The position numbers and the translations under genes are program-made. 32,737 nucleotides of DNA, taken from IMG/VR virus record IMGVR_UViG_3300045988_160024, one strand, 5' to 3'. The stretch's first letter is position 1. Every line of letters starts with the position of its first letter. The notes beneath the pieces were generated by a model. The model had not been told where the DNA came from. It saw only the letters and a list, made by a program, of their open reading frames with translations, and did no database searches. Source of the DNA: a virus. Of this stretch, positions 7,058 to 14,878 are shown piece by piece.

Positions 7058-8252
7058 GGTCAAGCAAGACGCGAAAGGCGTTTGGTATGCGCGCCCGTAT
7101 CTCGGTACCGCGCCTGACGGCACGAAGATTCGCCCATATCGGCAGTTCCCCGAAGCGGCAACTAGGGCGCAGGCTCAAGAGCTGGCGAACCATTGGATTT
7201 CGCAGCTTTCCGCTGGCGGCAAGGTAAAGAGCGCCATCATAACCGACTTGCTCAAGACGTATATCGCCGAGCGCAAGGTTAAAGGCATCAGCCCTTACAC
7301 GGTAAAGCGGTGGAACCTGTTCGCGCGCTCGTATGTGGGCAAGTACCTCAAAGGCAAATCTGCCTGCAAGTTGTCGGTAATGGATTTGAGCGACTTCGAA
7401 ACACGGTTGCTGCTTCCGAAGGAGAAGCGCGGACAAGGCTTGTCGCGCAACACCGTCCGAAGCGTGCATTTCTTCTTGCGCGGCGCATACAACTACTGGG
7501 TCAAAAGCGGCGTGTGCGAGATGAACCCGCTGTTTTACGTGGAGCCGCCTGCCGAGGAAAAGCACGAAGCTGTGGCGCTCGACGAATGGGACTATCCGGG
7601 GCTTGACGAAGCCATTACGGCTTCCCTGCATCCCGACGAGCTTAATGGGAAGACCATGCGCGAAGCGGCCTACGCGTTCGCCGCATGGCTGGCGCTCCAT
7701 ACTGGCATGCGCGTCGGCGAGGTGTGCGCGATGCGCCGCCGAGATGTTTTTAGGCGGCTTGGGTACCTCCATGTATGCGGCAAGATTGTCGAGCTTGACG
7801 GCGGCGGGCTTGATCGCGTGGATGTTACTAAAGGCCGAAAGAGCCGAAACGTTTCCATGACGGCGCGTGAGTTCGAGACTGTGTTTGGTTTCATCGCGTT
7901 GCAGGATGCGTTTTCCGATGCCTTCACGCCAAACTCGCCACTGGTGAGTTTCAACGGCTTCTTCATGCGCCCAACGACGGTCTCGAAGGCGTTCAGCCGT
8001 CTACGCAACAGTTTGGGTCTTCCCAAGGGCTGCACGTTCCACAGCTTGCGACATACGCACGCAACGTGGCTTTTGGCGAACGGCGCGAACCTTAAGGACA
8101 TCGCCGAGCGCTTCGGCCACGCTAACGAATCGACCACGCTTCGGCTTTACGCGCACGCCATGCCGGGGCGCGACCAGAGGGCGGCAGAGGTGTTCGACAA
8201 GTTCACCGACGAGCTTAAGGGAGACGGTGCCAACAGTGTGCCAACGGCGTGA
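7047..8252 (+). CDS. int: Tyrosine recombinase / phage integrase, about 401 aa
   Basis: N-terminal arm-type region (VWYARPYLGTAPDGTKIRPYRQF), a SAM-like core-binding domain, and catalytic residues in HTGMRVGEVCAMRRRDV, HSLRHTHATWLL and GHANESTTLRLYAH (R..HxxR..Y). Confidence 0.9.
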   Translation: MSVEVKQDAKGVWYARPYLGTAPDGTKIRPYRQFPEAATRAQAQELANHWISQLSAGGKVKSAIITDLLKTYIAERKVKGISPYTVKRWNLFARSYVGKYLKGKSACKLSVMDLSDFETRLLLPKEKRGQGLSRNTVRSVHFFLRGAYNYWVKSGVCEMNPLFYVEPPAEEKHEAVALDEWDYPGLDEAITASLHPDELNGKTMREAAYAFAAWLALHTGMRVGEVCAMRRRDVFRRLGYLHVCGKIVELDGGGLDRVDVTKGRKSRNVSMTAREFETVFGFIALQDAFSDAFTPNSPLVSFNGFFMRPTTVSKAFSRLRNSLGLPKGCTFHSLRHTHATWLLANGANLKDIAERFGHANESTTLRLYAHAMPGRDQRAAEVFDKFTDELKGDGANSVPTA

Positions 8253-8360
8253 TTTCGACCATTTTGCCAACGCCAACAAAAAGAAAGGTCAGACCGCAAA
8301 ACCAGCGGTTTTGAAAACGACAACCGACGTATTTCAAGTAAGAATCAGGAGATAGAGAAA

Positions 8361-8678
8361 ATGATACCAAAACTGACTACCGAACAAAGGCATGCAGCCC
8401 TCGATAAGGGCATGCAGATAAGGCATCAACGGGCGGAGTACCGCGAGCAGTTGAAAAAGGGCGCTTTGCCACTTGAAAAGTTTTTTGAGCTTGCGGATGA
8501 AGGAGATCAGGCGGCTGCGGGCATGCGCGTCAAGCAGATGATTACGGCTTTGCCTGGATATGCCGAGACCCGCGCCGAACAGCTCATGAAGAAGCTGCAT
8601 ATCGCGAGCAGTCGCAAAGTAAAGGGCTTGGGCAGGAACCAGCGGGCAAACCTGCTGTCTACGCTGGTGAGGTGGTAG
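8361..8678 (+). CDS. mihF: Actinobacterial-type integration host factor (mIHF/sIHF) homologue, 105 aa
   Basis: LTTEQRHAALDKG..R.QRAEYREQLKKG...MRVKQMITALPGYAETRAEQLMKKLHIASSRKVKGLGRNQRANLL is collinear with my recollection of mycobacterial mIHF (LTDEQRAAALEKA..RAELK..LKRG..MKVSALLEALPKVGKVKA..I...RRLRGLG.RQR.ALL). Confidence 0.8.
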   Translation: MIPKLTTEQRHAALDKGMQIRHQRAEYREQLKKGALPLEKFFELADEGDQAAAGMRVKQMITALPGYAETRAEQLMKKLHIASSRKVKGLGRNQRANLLSTLVRW

Positions 8679-8680
8679 GC

Positions 8681-8911
8681 ATGCGCAATCGAGACGATTA
8701 CCGTGTTGCGGTTAAGAGCGTCACTCTGCTCATTACGATAGCACTCTGCCTGCTCATTGTCGGCCTGTTGTTCCTGTCGTTTTGCGTAGTGGAAGCGCTC
8801 GTGTTGCTCTTCACTGGCGGTGCGTTCTCGCTGGTGTTCCCTGCAATCGCTACCGCTGTTGCAGTGCTTGCAATCATGGCGCTTGCCCTGGTGGCTGGTG
8901 GTGCCGAATGA
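8681..8911 (+). CDS. Membrane protein, about 76 aa
   Basis: ATG after GAGGTGG. Two long hydrophobic helices. Confidence 0.55.
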   Translation: MRNRDDYRVAVKSVTLLITIALCLLIVGLLFLSFCVVEALVLLFTGGAFSLVFPAIATAVAVLAIMALALVAGGAE

Positions 8912-9342
8912 GCGCGGAGAGTTTGAACACCTGCACGCTGAGCGGAAATCTTGGCAACGACGCCGAGGTGAAATACACGGCTGGCGGCATGGCAATTACG
9001 GTGTTTTCGCTTGCCGTCAATCACCGTCGCAAGCAGCAAGATGGTAGCTATGCAGATGAGACTAGCTGGGTCGATTGCACGATATTTGGCAAGCGCGGCG
9101 AATCGCTGCAAGCTAATGGCTACCTGCAAAAAGGCGCAAAGCTTGCCGTCGTAGGGCACCTGCGCATGAGCACGTGGGAAGCAGACGGCCAACGCCACCG
9201 CAAGCTAGAGGTCATCGTTGACAACATTATCGGCATGACCAACTACAGGCAGCCACAACAGCCGCAGGCTCAGCAGCCGTACAAGGCTCAACCGCAGCAG
9301 GCATACGTGCCTGACGTTTACAACGAAGACATTCCGTTTTAA
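8908..9342 (+). CDS. ssb: Single-stranded DNA-binding protein, 144 aa
   Basis: OB-fold pattern (LSGNLGNDAEVKYTAGGMAITVFSLAV...WVDCTIFGKRGE), a Q/P-rich linker and the acidic tip DIPF. Confidence 0.9.
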   Translation: MSAESLNTCTLSGNLGNDAEVKYTAGGMAITVFSLAVNHRRKQQDGSYADETSWVDCTIFGKRGESLQANGYLQKGAKLAVVGHLRMSTWEADGQRHRKLEVIVDNIIGMTNYRQPQQPQAQQPYKAQPQQAYVPDVYNEDIPF

Positions 9343-9351
9343 GGGGCAGAT

Positions 9352-9789
9352 ATGCAAGGACGAAAACTGAACGTGAAGCTGTTCGACGGCGGGGATTTGC
9401 CGCGCTATGCTCATGACGGAGATGCTGGCTTTGACCTGTGCATCACCGAGGATTGCAGGCTTGAGCCGAACGCCCGCGCAATCGTCGGGCTCGGATGCGC
9501 TTTCGAGATTCCGAGTGGGTGCGTTGGGCTGTTGTTCCCTCGCTCTGGTCTTTCGAGCCTTTACGGCGTCACGCTCAGCCACAGCGTCGGAGTCATCGAC
9601 AGCGGCTTTCGCGGCGAGGTGTGCGCACCTCTCGTGAACCTCAGCTGCGACACGGTGTATCTGCCGAAGGGTTCGCGGGCATGCCAGATGGTCGTTGTGC
9701 CGTTTGTGCCGTGCGACCTGGTGAAGGTCGAAAAGCTGAGCGGTACCGAGCGTGGCGAAGACGGCTTCGGCTCTACCGGTATTGAGTAG
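9352..9789 (+). CDS. dut: Trimeric dUTPase, 145 aa
   Basis: Motifs AGFDL, PRSG, GVIDSGFRGE and RGEDGFGSTG. Confidence 0.9.
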   Translation: MQGRKLNVKLFDGGDLPRYAHDGDAGFDLCITEDCRLEPNARAIVGLGCAFEIPSGCVGLLFPRSGLSSLYGVTLSHSVGVIDSGFRGEVCAPLVNLSCDTVYLPKGSRACQMVVVPFVPCDLVKVEKLSGTERGEDGFGSTGIE

Positions 9790-9799
9790 ATGATGTGTC

Positions 9800-10246
9800 G
9801 TGGATGCCAAGGAATACTTTGAGGGCATACGCGACGAGGTGGCGAGCCTTGAGAAGTCAAGAGAAATGCTTGCACGTCTCAAGGCTCGTGAAGGGGCAAA
9901 GGCTCAGAGTTATACGGCTGGCGGTGGTGGCGGTTCGTGTGACCCTATGGATGCGATCAATGGGCGCATCGACTTTGAGCAACGCTTGAAGCTGCGCATC
10001 GTTGAAAGCAATGCCGCCGTTGATGAAGCCTGCGCTGTGCTGTATGGCAACGACAATCACGGCGGCTTGGCAAAACTCAAGGGCAACCGCTACGCCGATG
10101 CGGTATGTATGGGCTACTGCCAGGCGATGCCATGGGCTGACGTTGCTGTTGTTATGCAGTGTTCGCCCAAGTGGTGCCGCGAATTGTGCAATGCCGCGTT
10201 CAGGTATATCGATGCCGTTGGCGTGACGTGGCTAAAGGAAAATTAA
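9800..10246 (+). CDS. Putative late-gene transcriptional regulator (sigma-70 region-4-like C-terminus), 148 aa
   Basis: GTG start. It is the last early gene before the packaging module. The C-terminal YADAVCMGYCQAMPWADVAVVMQCSPKWCRELCNAAFRYID resembles region-4/DUF1492-type HTH regulators. The assignment is weak. Confidence 0.35.
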   Translation: MDAKEYFEGIRDEVASLEKSREMLARLKAREGAKAQSYTAGGGGGSCDPMDAINGRIDFEQRLKLRIVESNAAVDEACAVLYGNDNHGGLAKLKGNRYADAVCMGYCQAMPWADVAVVMQCSPKWCRELCNAAFRYIDAVGVTWLKEN

Positions 10247-10310
10247 AAACAGTACTTCCCTTCACTTCCCGCTTTATGCTAAAGTTCGCTACGGTGGATT
10301 AGGTAAACGA

Positions 10311-10346
10311 AAGGGACACGGGCTTTGGCTCGCGTCCCTTTTTTGT
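10311..10346 (+). terminator. Rho-independent terminator between early and late modules
   Basis: AAGGGACACGGGC-TTTG-GCTCGCGTCCCTT followed by TTTTTTG. One mismatch and one G-U in an 11-bp stem. Confidence 0.7.
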
Positions 10347-10361
10347 TGGGAAGGTACGGCG

Positions 10362-10691
10362 ATGGCTAAGGGCTTCTCATACCGCTTCTATCACTCGACC
10401 GACTGGGAACAGGCTCGCGAGCAGGCATTGCAACGCGATTGCTACCTTTGCCAGCATTGCTTGGCTCAAGGAGTAGAGACACCAGCGGTCATGGTTCATC
10501 ACATCGTGGAGCTGACTCCAGCGAACGTCAACGATCCGAACATCAACACAAACCTCGACAACCTAGTGAGCCTGTGCGACCTGTGCCACAAGAAGGTGCA
10601 CGGCTGGGTAAGGCAAGGCAGCACTAGGCAAGGCTTGGCGTTCGATGAGGACGGCAACTTGGTTTCGTTGAACGGTGAACACACAGACTGA
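10362..10691 (+). CDS. HNH endonuclease, 109 aa
   Basis: CYLCQHC...HHIVEL...N...LVSLCDLCHKKVH. Sits directly upstream of the terminase genes, as in HNH-dependent cos phages. Confidence 0.9.
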   Translation: MAKGFSYRFYHSTDWEQAREQALQRDCYLCQHCLAQGVETPAVMVHHIVELTPANVNDPNINTNLDNLVSLCDLCHKKVHGWVRQGSTRQGLAFDEDGNLVSLNGEHTD

Positions 10692-10706
10692 GCACAATTC
10701 GCAGCT

Positions 10707-10837
10707 CACAAAACAGAGACAACAAAACAGCAGGTCAGAGCGACGCAGCATCCCCCCGTTCGAAAACCAAGGCTACCAGCCTAGGGCACCAACGCCGGGA
10801 GATAGATTTATGCGCGCATAGGTTTTCAGAACGGGGG
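10707..10837. promoter_or_regulatory. Dyad- and repeat-rich HNH-TerS intergenic region (candidate cos / terminase recognition region)
   Basis: ACAAAACAG occurs twice (10708-10716, 10722-10730). CCCCCGTTCGAAAACC (10753-10768) pairs with GGTTTTCAGAACGGGGG (10821-10837). There is also a 12-bp palindrome TATGCGCGCATA (10809-10820) and GGCTACCAGCC (10770-10780). Confidence 0.4.
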
Positions 10838-10844
10838 CGGTCTT

Positions 10845-11273
10845 GTGGCAAAGCGAAAAGTATGCGAAAGTACCGAGATTTCGCCGAAAGTCGCGAAGAG
10901 TCCCCCGAAGCGGAACGGGCAATCGGTGCAATCGCTCTATCAAAACGAGTTGAAACGCTTGCAGCGCTTGACCAAGGACGTCATTCCAGACGACAAGCGC
11001 ACAGCCATCATGCCGCTCATGTCGAACATCGCGTTTCTGAAAGTGAAACTCGACCAAGCTCGCGTGGAGCTGATGGGCGAAAGCATCTTCACCGAGTACG
11101 ACAACGGCGGCGGTCAATCGGGCTTGCGCGAGCATCCAGGCTTTTCCGCGTACAACAAGCTGTTCACAACGTTCTCGCGCGGTATCAAGCAGATCACCGA
11201 TATGATGCCGAGCGGCAGCACTTCAGCCGATGCGCTCATGGACTACCTGAACGAGACGAGGTTCGGTGGCTAG
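10845..11273 (+). CDS. terS: Terminase small subunit (P27-family-like), 142 aa
   Basis: GTG start. Position between HNH and TerL. Size and helical character fit phage P27-type small terminases. Confidence 0.7.
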   Translation: MAKRKVCESTEISPKVAKSPPKRNGQSVQSLYQNELKRLQRLTKDVIPDDKRTAIMPLMSNIAFLKVKLDQARVELMGESIFTEYDNGGGQSGLREHPGFSAYNKLFTTFSRGIKQITDMMPSGSTSADALMDYLNETRFGG

Positions 11274-12987
11274 GAAGAAGGCCGCTGGCTCGTGCGAAAA
11301 GGCGATACGCGAGTACTTCGGCGGCGTCCTCGACGGCACGATAACCGCGTGCGCGAAGATGCAGCAGGTCGCGGCCATCGTCCTTCGAGACTTGGACAAC
11401 GACGACCCGCTGTATCCATACCACTATCGCGAGGAATACGCGCAGAAACACGTGAGCTTCATCGAGCGCTTCTGCCGACTTCCATCTGGCAAGCTCGGCC
11501 AGCCGTTCGAGCTTGAGCTTTTTCAGCGAGCCATCCTATCCGTCGTTTTCGGCTTCGTGGACGTTGAGGGAAAACGGCAGTATCGCGAAGTGCTCTGGAT
11601 TATGGGGCGCAAGAACGGCAAGACCGCACTTGCTTCCGCCATAGAGCTTGACTTGCTTATCAACGACGATGAGGGTGCGCCCGAGGTCTACAACGTCGCC
11701 ACGGCTCACGACCAGGCGGCGAAGGGCTTCAACAACGCCTGGCGCATGGTTCTCACGTCGCCCGCTCTTGGGCGGCACGTTCGCAAGCGCGTGAGTGACC
11801 TCTACTGCGACCTCAACATGGGCTCAATCAAGGCGCTTTCCGCCAACACGAACCACCTCGACGGCCTTGACATCTCAGGTGCCATCGTCGACGAGCTCGC
11901 GGCCATGAAGAACCGTGATCTGTACGACCTAGCCATTCAGGGCACGTCCGCCCGCCGCCAACCGCTGGTTCTGGAAATCACGACCAACGGTTTCGTCCGG
12001 AACGGCATCTTCGACGCCCAATACGAATACGCCACCAAATGGCTCGACGGTAAGGCGACAGGCGAGAAGGCTGAGCGCTTCATAGCGTTCATCTTCGAGC
12101 TTGATGAGCGCGATGAGTGGCAAGAGGAATCGGCGTGGATTAAGGCGAACCCTGGCCTTGGCACCATCAAAAGCCTTGAGGGCTTGCGCCAAAACGTCTC
12201 AAAGGCCAAAGATGACCCGACATTTCTGCCGACACTTCTGGTCAAGGACTTCAACCTCATCGAAAACCAAAGCCAAGCGTGGCTTACGTGGGCTGAGATT
12301 CATAACGATGACACTTTCGACCCGTCCGACGGGTCTTTTTCTTATGCGGTGCTCGGCGTTGACGCGTCAGACACCACTGACCTCACCGCCGCATGCTTGC
12401 TGATGATGCGCCCGAACGACGAGCGCATATATGCGATGCATATGGCGTGGATTCCGCTTCGCGCCTTGGAGCAGGCGGAAACGGAAGGACGGCGCGGCGG
12501 TCGCGACGGTGTGCCTTACGACGCGTGGATCGCGCGCGGGCTTCTGCGAACGTCTCCGACGCCAATCATTGACAAGCGGCTTGTGCTCGATTGGGTGGAC
12601 GAGGTGCGCGAGAAATGCGGCATCTATGCCGTCGCGTGCGGCTACGACCCGTGGCACATGCGCGACGTGCCGACGGTGGAAGCCTACGAAGGTTATTTCG
12701 GAGCCGACAACTTCAAGAAGGTCATCCAAGGCGCTCAAACGCTCTCGATGCCGATGAAGGAGCTACGCGCCCTGTACAAGGAGAACCGCGTAGTTGACAA
12801 CAGCAACCCGATTGCCGAGTGGTGCCGCTCGAACGTTGCGGTGCGCAGCGACGCGAACGGAAACATCGCGCCCGACAAAAAGAACCAAGACCCGCGCAAC
12901 CGCATCGACGCCTGGGCGGCGGAATGCGATGCATTCGTGGTCTTAAAAGACATGATGGACGATTTCAGAAGCATGATTGGAGGTTAA
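11266..12987 (+). CDS. terL: Terminase large subunit, 573 aa
   Basis: GTG start overlapping the TerS stop. Walker A is IMGRKNGKTALAS. Walker B-like is AIVDELAAM. C-terminal nuclease region. HK97-type Terminase_1 architecture. Confidence 0.9.
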   Translation: MARKKAAGSCEKAIREYFGGVLDGTITACAKMQQVAAIVLRDLDNDDPLYPYHYREEYAQKHVSFIERFCRLPSGKLGQPFELELFQRAILSVVFGFVDVEGKRQYREVLWIMGRKNGKTALASAIELDLLINDDEGAPEVYNVATAHDQAAKGFNNAWRMVLTSPALGRHVRKRVSDLYCDLNMGSIKALSANTNHLDGLDISGAIVDELAAMKNRDLYDLAIQGTSARRQPLVLEITTNGFVRNGIFDAQYEYATKWLDGKATGEKAERFIAFIFELDERDEWQEESAWIKANPGLGTIKSLEGLRQNVSKAKDDPTFLPTLLVKDFNLIENQSQAWLTWAEIHNDDTFDPSDGSFSYAVLGVDASDTTDLTAACLLMMRPNDERIYAMHMAWIPLRALEQAETEGRRGGRDGVPYDAWIARGLLRTSPTPIIDKRLVLDWVDEVREKCGIYAVACGYDPWHMRDVPTVEAYEGYFGADNFKKVIQGAQTLSMPMKELRALYKENRVVDNSNPIAEWCRSNVAVRSDANGNIAPDKKNQDPRNRIDAWAAECDAFVVLKDMMDDFRSMIGG

Positions 12988-12989
12988 AC

Positions 12990-14255
12990 GTGGCTAAACG
13001 AACGTCGATGTTCCGCTCAATGTTCGATGCCGTATTCCACAAGCCGATCATGCAGGCCGTGGACGGTTACTTTCAGACGTTCACGGCGTACGCGCCGCGC
13101 TTTACAACGTGGAGTGGCGGCATCTATGAAGCGGAGCTGACGCGAAGCATCATCGAGCGAAACGCCGACCACGCGAGCAAACTGAAACCCGAGGTTTCGG
13201 GAACCGCGCAGCGGTTGGCAACGCGCTCGCTCGAATGGCAGCCGAACCCGTGGATGACAACGCCGCAGTTCCTGCACCGCATCTCGACGATGCTGGACGT
13301 GTGCGACACGTGCCTTATCGTTCCCATTCTCGACGGGAGTACCGAGACCATCACGGGCTACTATCCTGTCCTTCCGGGGCAGTGCGAAGCCTACGACGTC
13401 AGCGGAACGCTGTGGCTCAAGCTGTCTTTCCCTGGCGGTGACGCCACCATGCTCGAATGGTCGCGTGTCGGCGTGTTGACGCGTCACCAATTCAGAAGCG
13501 ATTTGTTTGGCGACGGGACGAACGTGCTCAATCCGACGCTAGAGCTGATGCACGCGCAGAACGAAGCTGAGAAGACGGCCATCGAGCAAGGTGCGGCCAT
13601 TCGCTTCATAGGCAAGATGTCGCAGAACCGCAATCCCGAAGACTTGGAGAAGGCCCGAAAGGAATTCAACAAGCAGCTCGGTTCGGCGAACGCCGGCGGT
13701 ATAGCTGTCTATGACAATAAATACAACGACGTCAAACAGATAACGCCGCAGAGCTACACGGTGGACGCCGCCCAGATGGAACGCATCGAGAAGGCCGCAT
13801 ATCGGTTCTTCGGCTCGTGCGAAGACATCGTTATGAACAAGGCCGACGAGGAAACATACAACTCGTTCTACGAGGGTCGCACAGAGGTTTTCGCGGTGCA
13901 GCTTGGATACGTGCTCACGTGCATGACCTTCACGCCGAACGAGATCGCGTACGGCAACAGCATCATGTTCAGCGCGAACCGCCTTGAGTTCGCTAGTAAT
14001 CAAACAAAGCTCAACGTCGTCACATCGCTCTACGACCGAGGAATCATGACGGGCAATCAGGGCGCTGACGTGTTCCAGCTTCCACATTACGAGGGCGGCG
14101 ACCGCCACGTAATCCGCGGCGAGTACATTGACCTGGACTTGATAAGCGAGCACACATCCGAGCAAGCCGCCAAGGCGGCTGAGGTAAACGCAAACGTCGC
14201 GGCAATCGACGGTAAGAAGAAGGACGGTGACGACGATGCCAGCCAAGCCGAATGA
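12990..14255 (+). CDS. Portal protein (HK97 family), 421 aa
   Basis: GTG after GGAGG, 3 nt past the TerL stop. The track ORF 12819..14255 has a spurious N-terminal extension inside terL. Position and size fit Phage_portal. Confidence 0.85.
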   Translation: MAKRTSMFRSMFDAVFHKPIMQAVDGYFQTFTAYAPRFTTWSGGIYEAELTRSIIERNADHASKLKPEVSGTAQRLATRSLEWQPNPWMTTPQFLHRISTMLDVCDTCLIVPILDGSTETITGYYPVLPGQCEAYDVSGTLWLKLSFPGGDATMLEWSRVGVLTRHQFRSDLFGDGTNVLNPTLELMHAQNEAEKTAIEQGAAIRFIGKMSQNRNPEDLEKARKEFNKQLGSANAGGIAVYDNKYNDVKQITPQSYTVDAAQMERIEKAAYRFFGSCEDIVMNKADEETYNSFYEGRTEVFAVQLGYVLTCMTFTPNEIAYGNSIMFSANRLEFASNQTKLNVVTSLYDRGIMTGNQGADVFQLPHYEGGDRHVIRGEYIDLDLISEHTSEQAAKAAEVNANVAAIDGKKKDGDDDASQAE

Positions 14256-14865
14256 GCGTCAATACAGAACAATGTCGATGGTGCTGCGAAGCCTGCCCGA
14301 TGGCGGCAAGCGCGAGAAGCGCATCGAATCTGACTACTACGTCGAGGGATACGCTTCGACGTTCAATGACCCATATGTCCTTTGGCAAGACCCTTGGGAT
14401 GGCACCGAGTACCGCGAGGTCATCAGCCCAGACGCATTCGTCGATACCGACATGAGCGACATCATCATGCAGTTCGACCATGTGGGCGACGTTTTGGCGC
14501 GCCAGTCGAACGGCACGCTCATCGTCGAGCCCGACGAGCACGGGCTTTTTATGGCCGCCGACCTCTCGAAATCAGAAGCCGCCCGAAACCGATTCGAGGA
14601 AATCGACAACGGCCTTGTTACACGCATGTCGTGGGCGTTCACCATCGGCGCGTCCGAGTATGACCGAGACACGCACACCACGACAATTACGCGCGTCAAG
14701 AAGATTTATGACGTGTCCGCAGTCAGCCTTCCTGCTGACCCGAACACCGAAATAAGTGCAAGAAACCTTCTCAACGGAGTGATTGAGGAGTCGCACGTGG
14801 AGCACGTGCGCCGCAAGAACGCGCTCGTAAAGGCGCGTGCAGTAATGGCAATCGCCACCAATTAG
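14236..14865 (+). CDS. Prohead maturation protease (HK97 / S78 family), about 209 aa
   Basis: YVEGYASTFNDPY...MQFDHVGDVLAR...MSWAF pattern. Lies between portal and capsid. A GTG at 14227 is an alternative start. Confidence 0.85.
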   Translation: MPAKPNERQYRTMSMVLRSLPDGGKREKRIESDYYVEGYASTFNDPYVLWQDPWDGTEYREVISPDAFVDTDMSDIIMQFDHVGDVLARQSNGTLIVEPDEHGLFMAADLSKSEAARNRFEEIDNGLVTRMSWAFTIGASEYDRDTHTTTITRVKKIYDVSAVSLPADPNTEISARNLLNGVIEESHVEHVRRKNALVKARAVMAIATN

Positions 14866-14878
14866 AAGGGAAACAAAC

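Noticed and set aside
12819-12989. The N-terminal 57 codons of track ORF 12819-14255 as part of the portal protein.
   Set aside because: This stretch lies inside terL in another frame and is Arg-rich junk. A GTG with GGAGG directly after the TerL stop gives a typical portal N-terminus.
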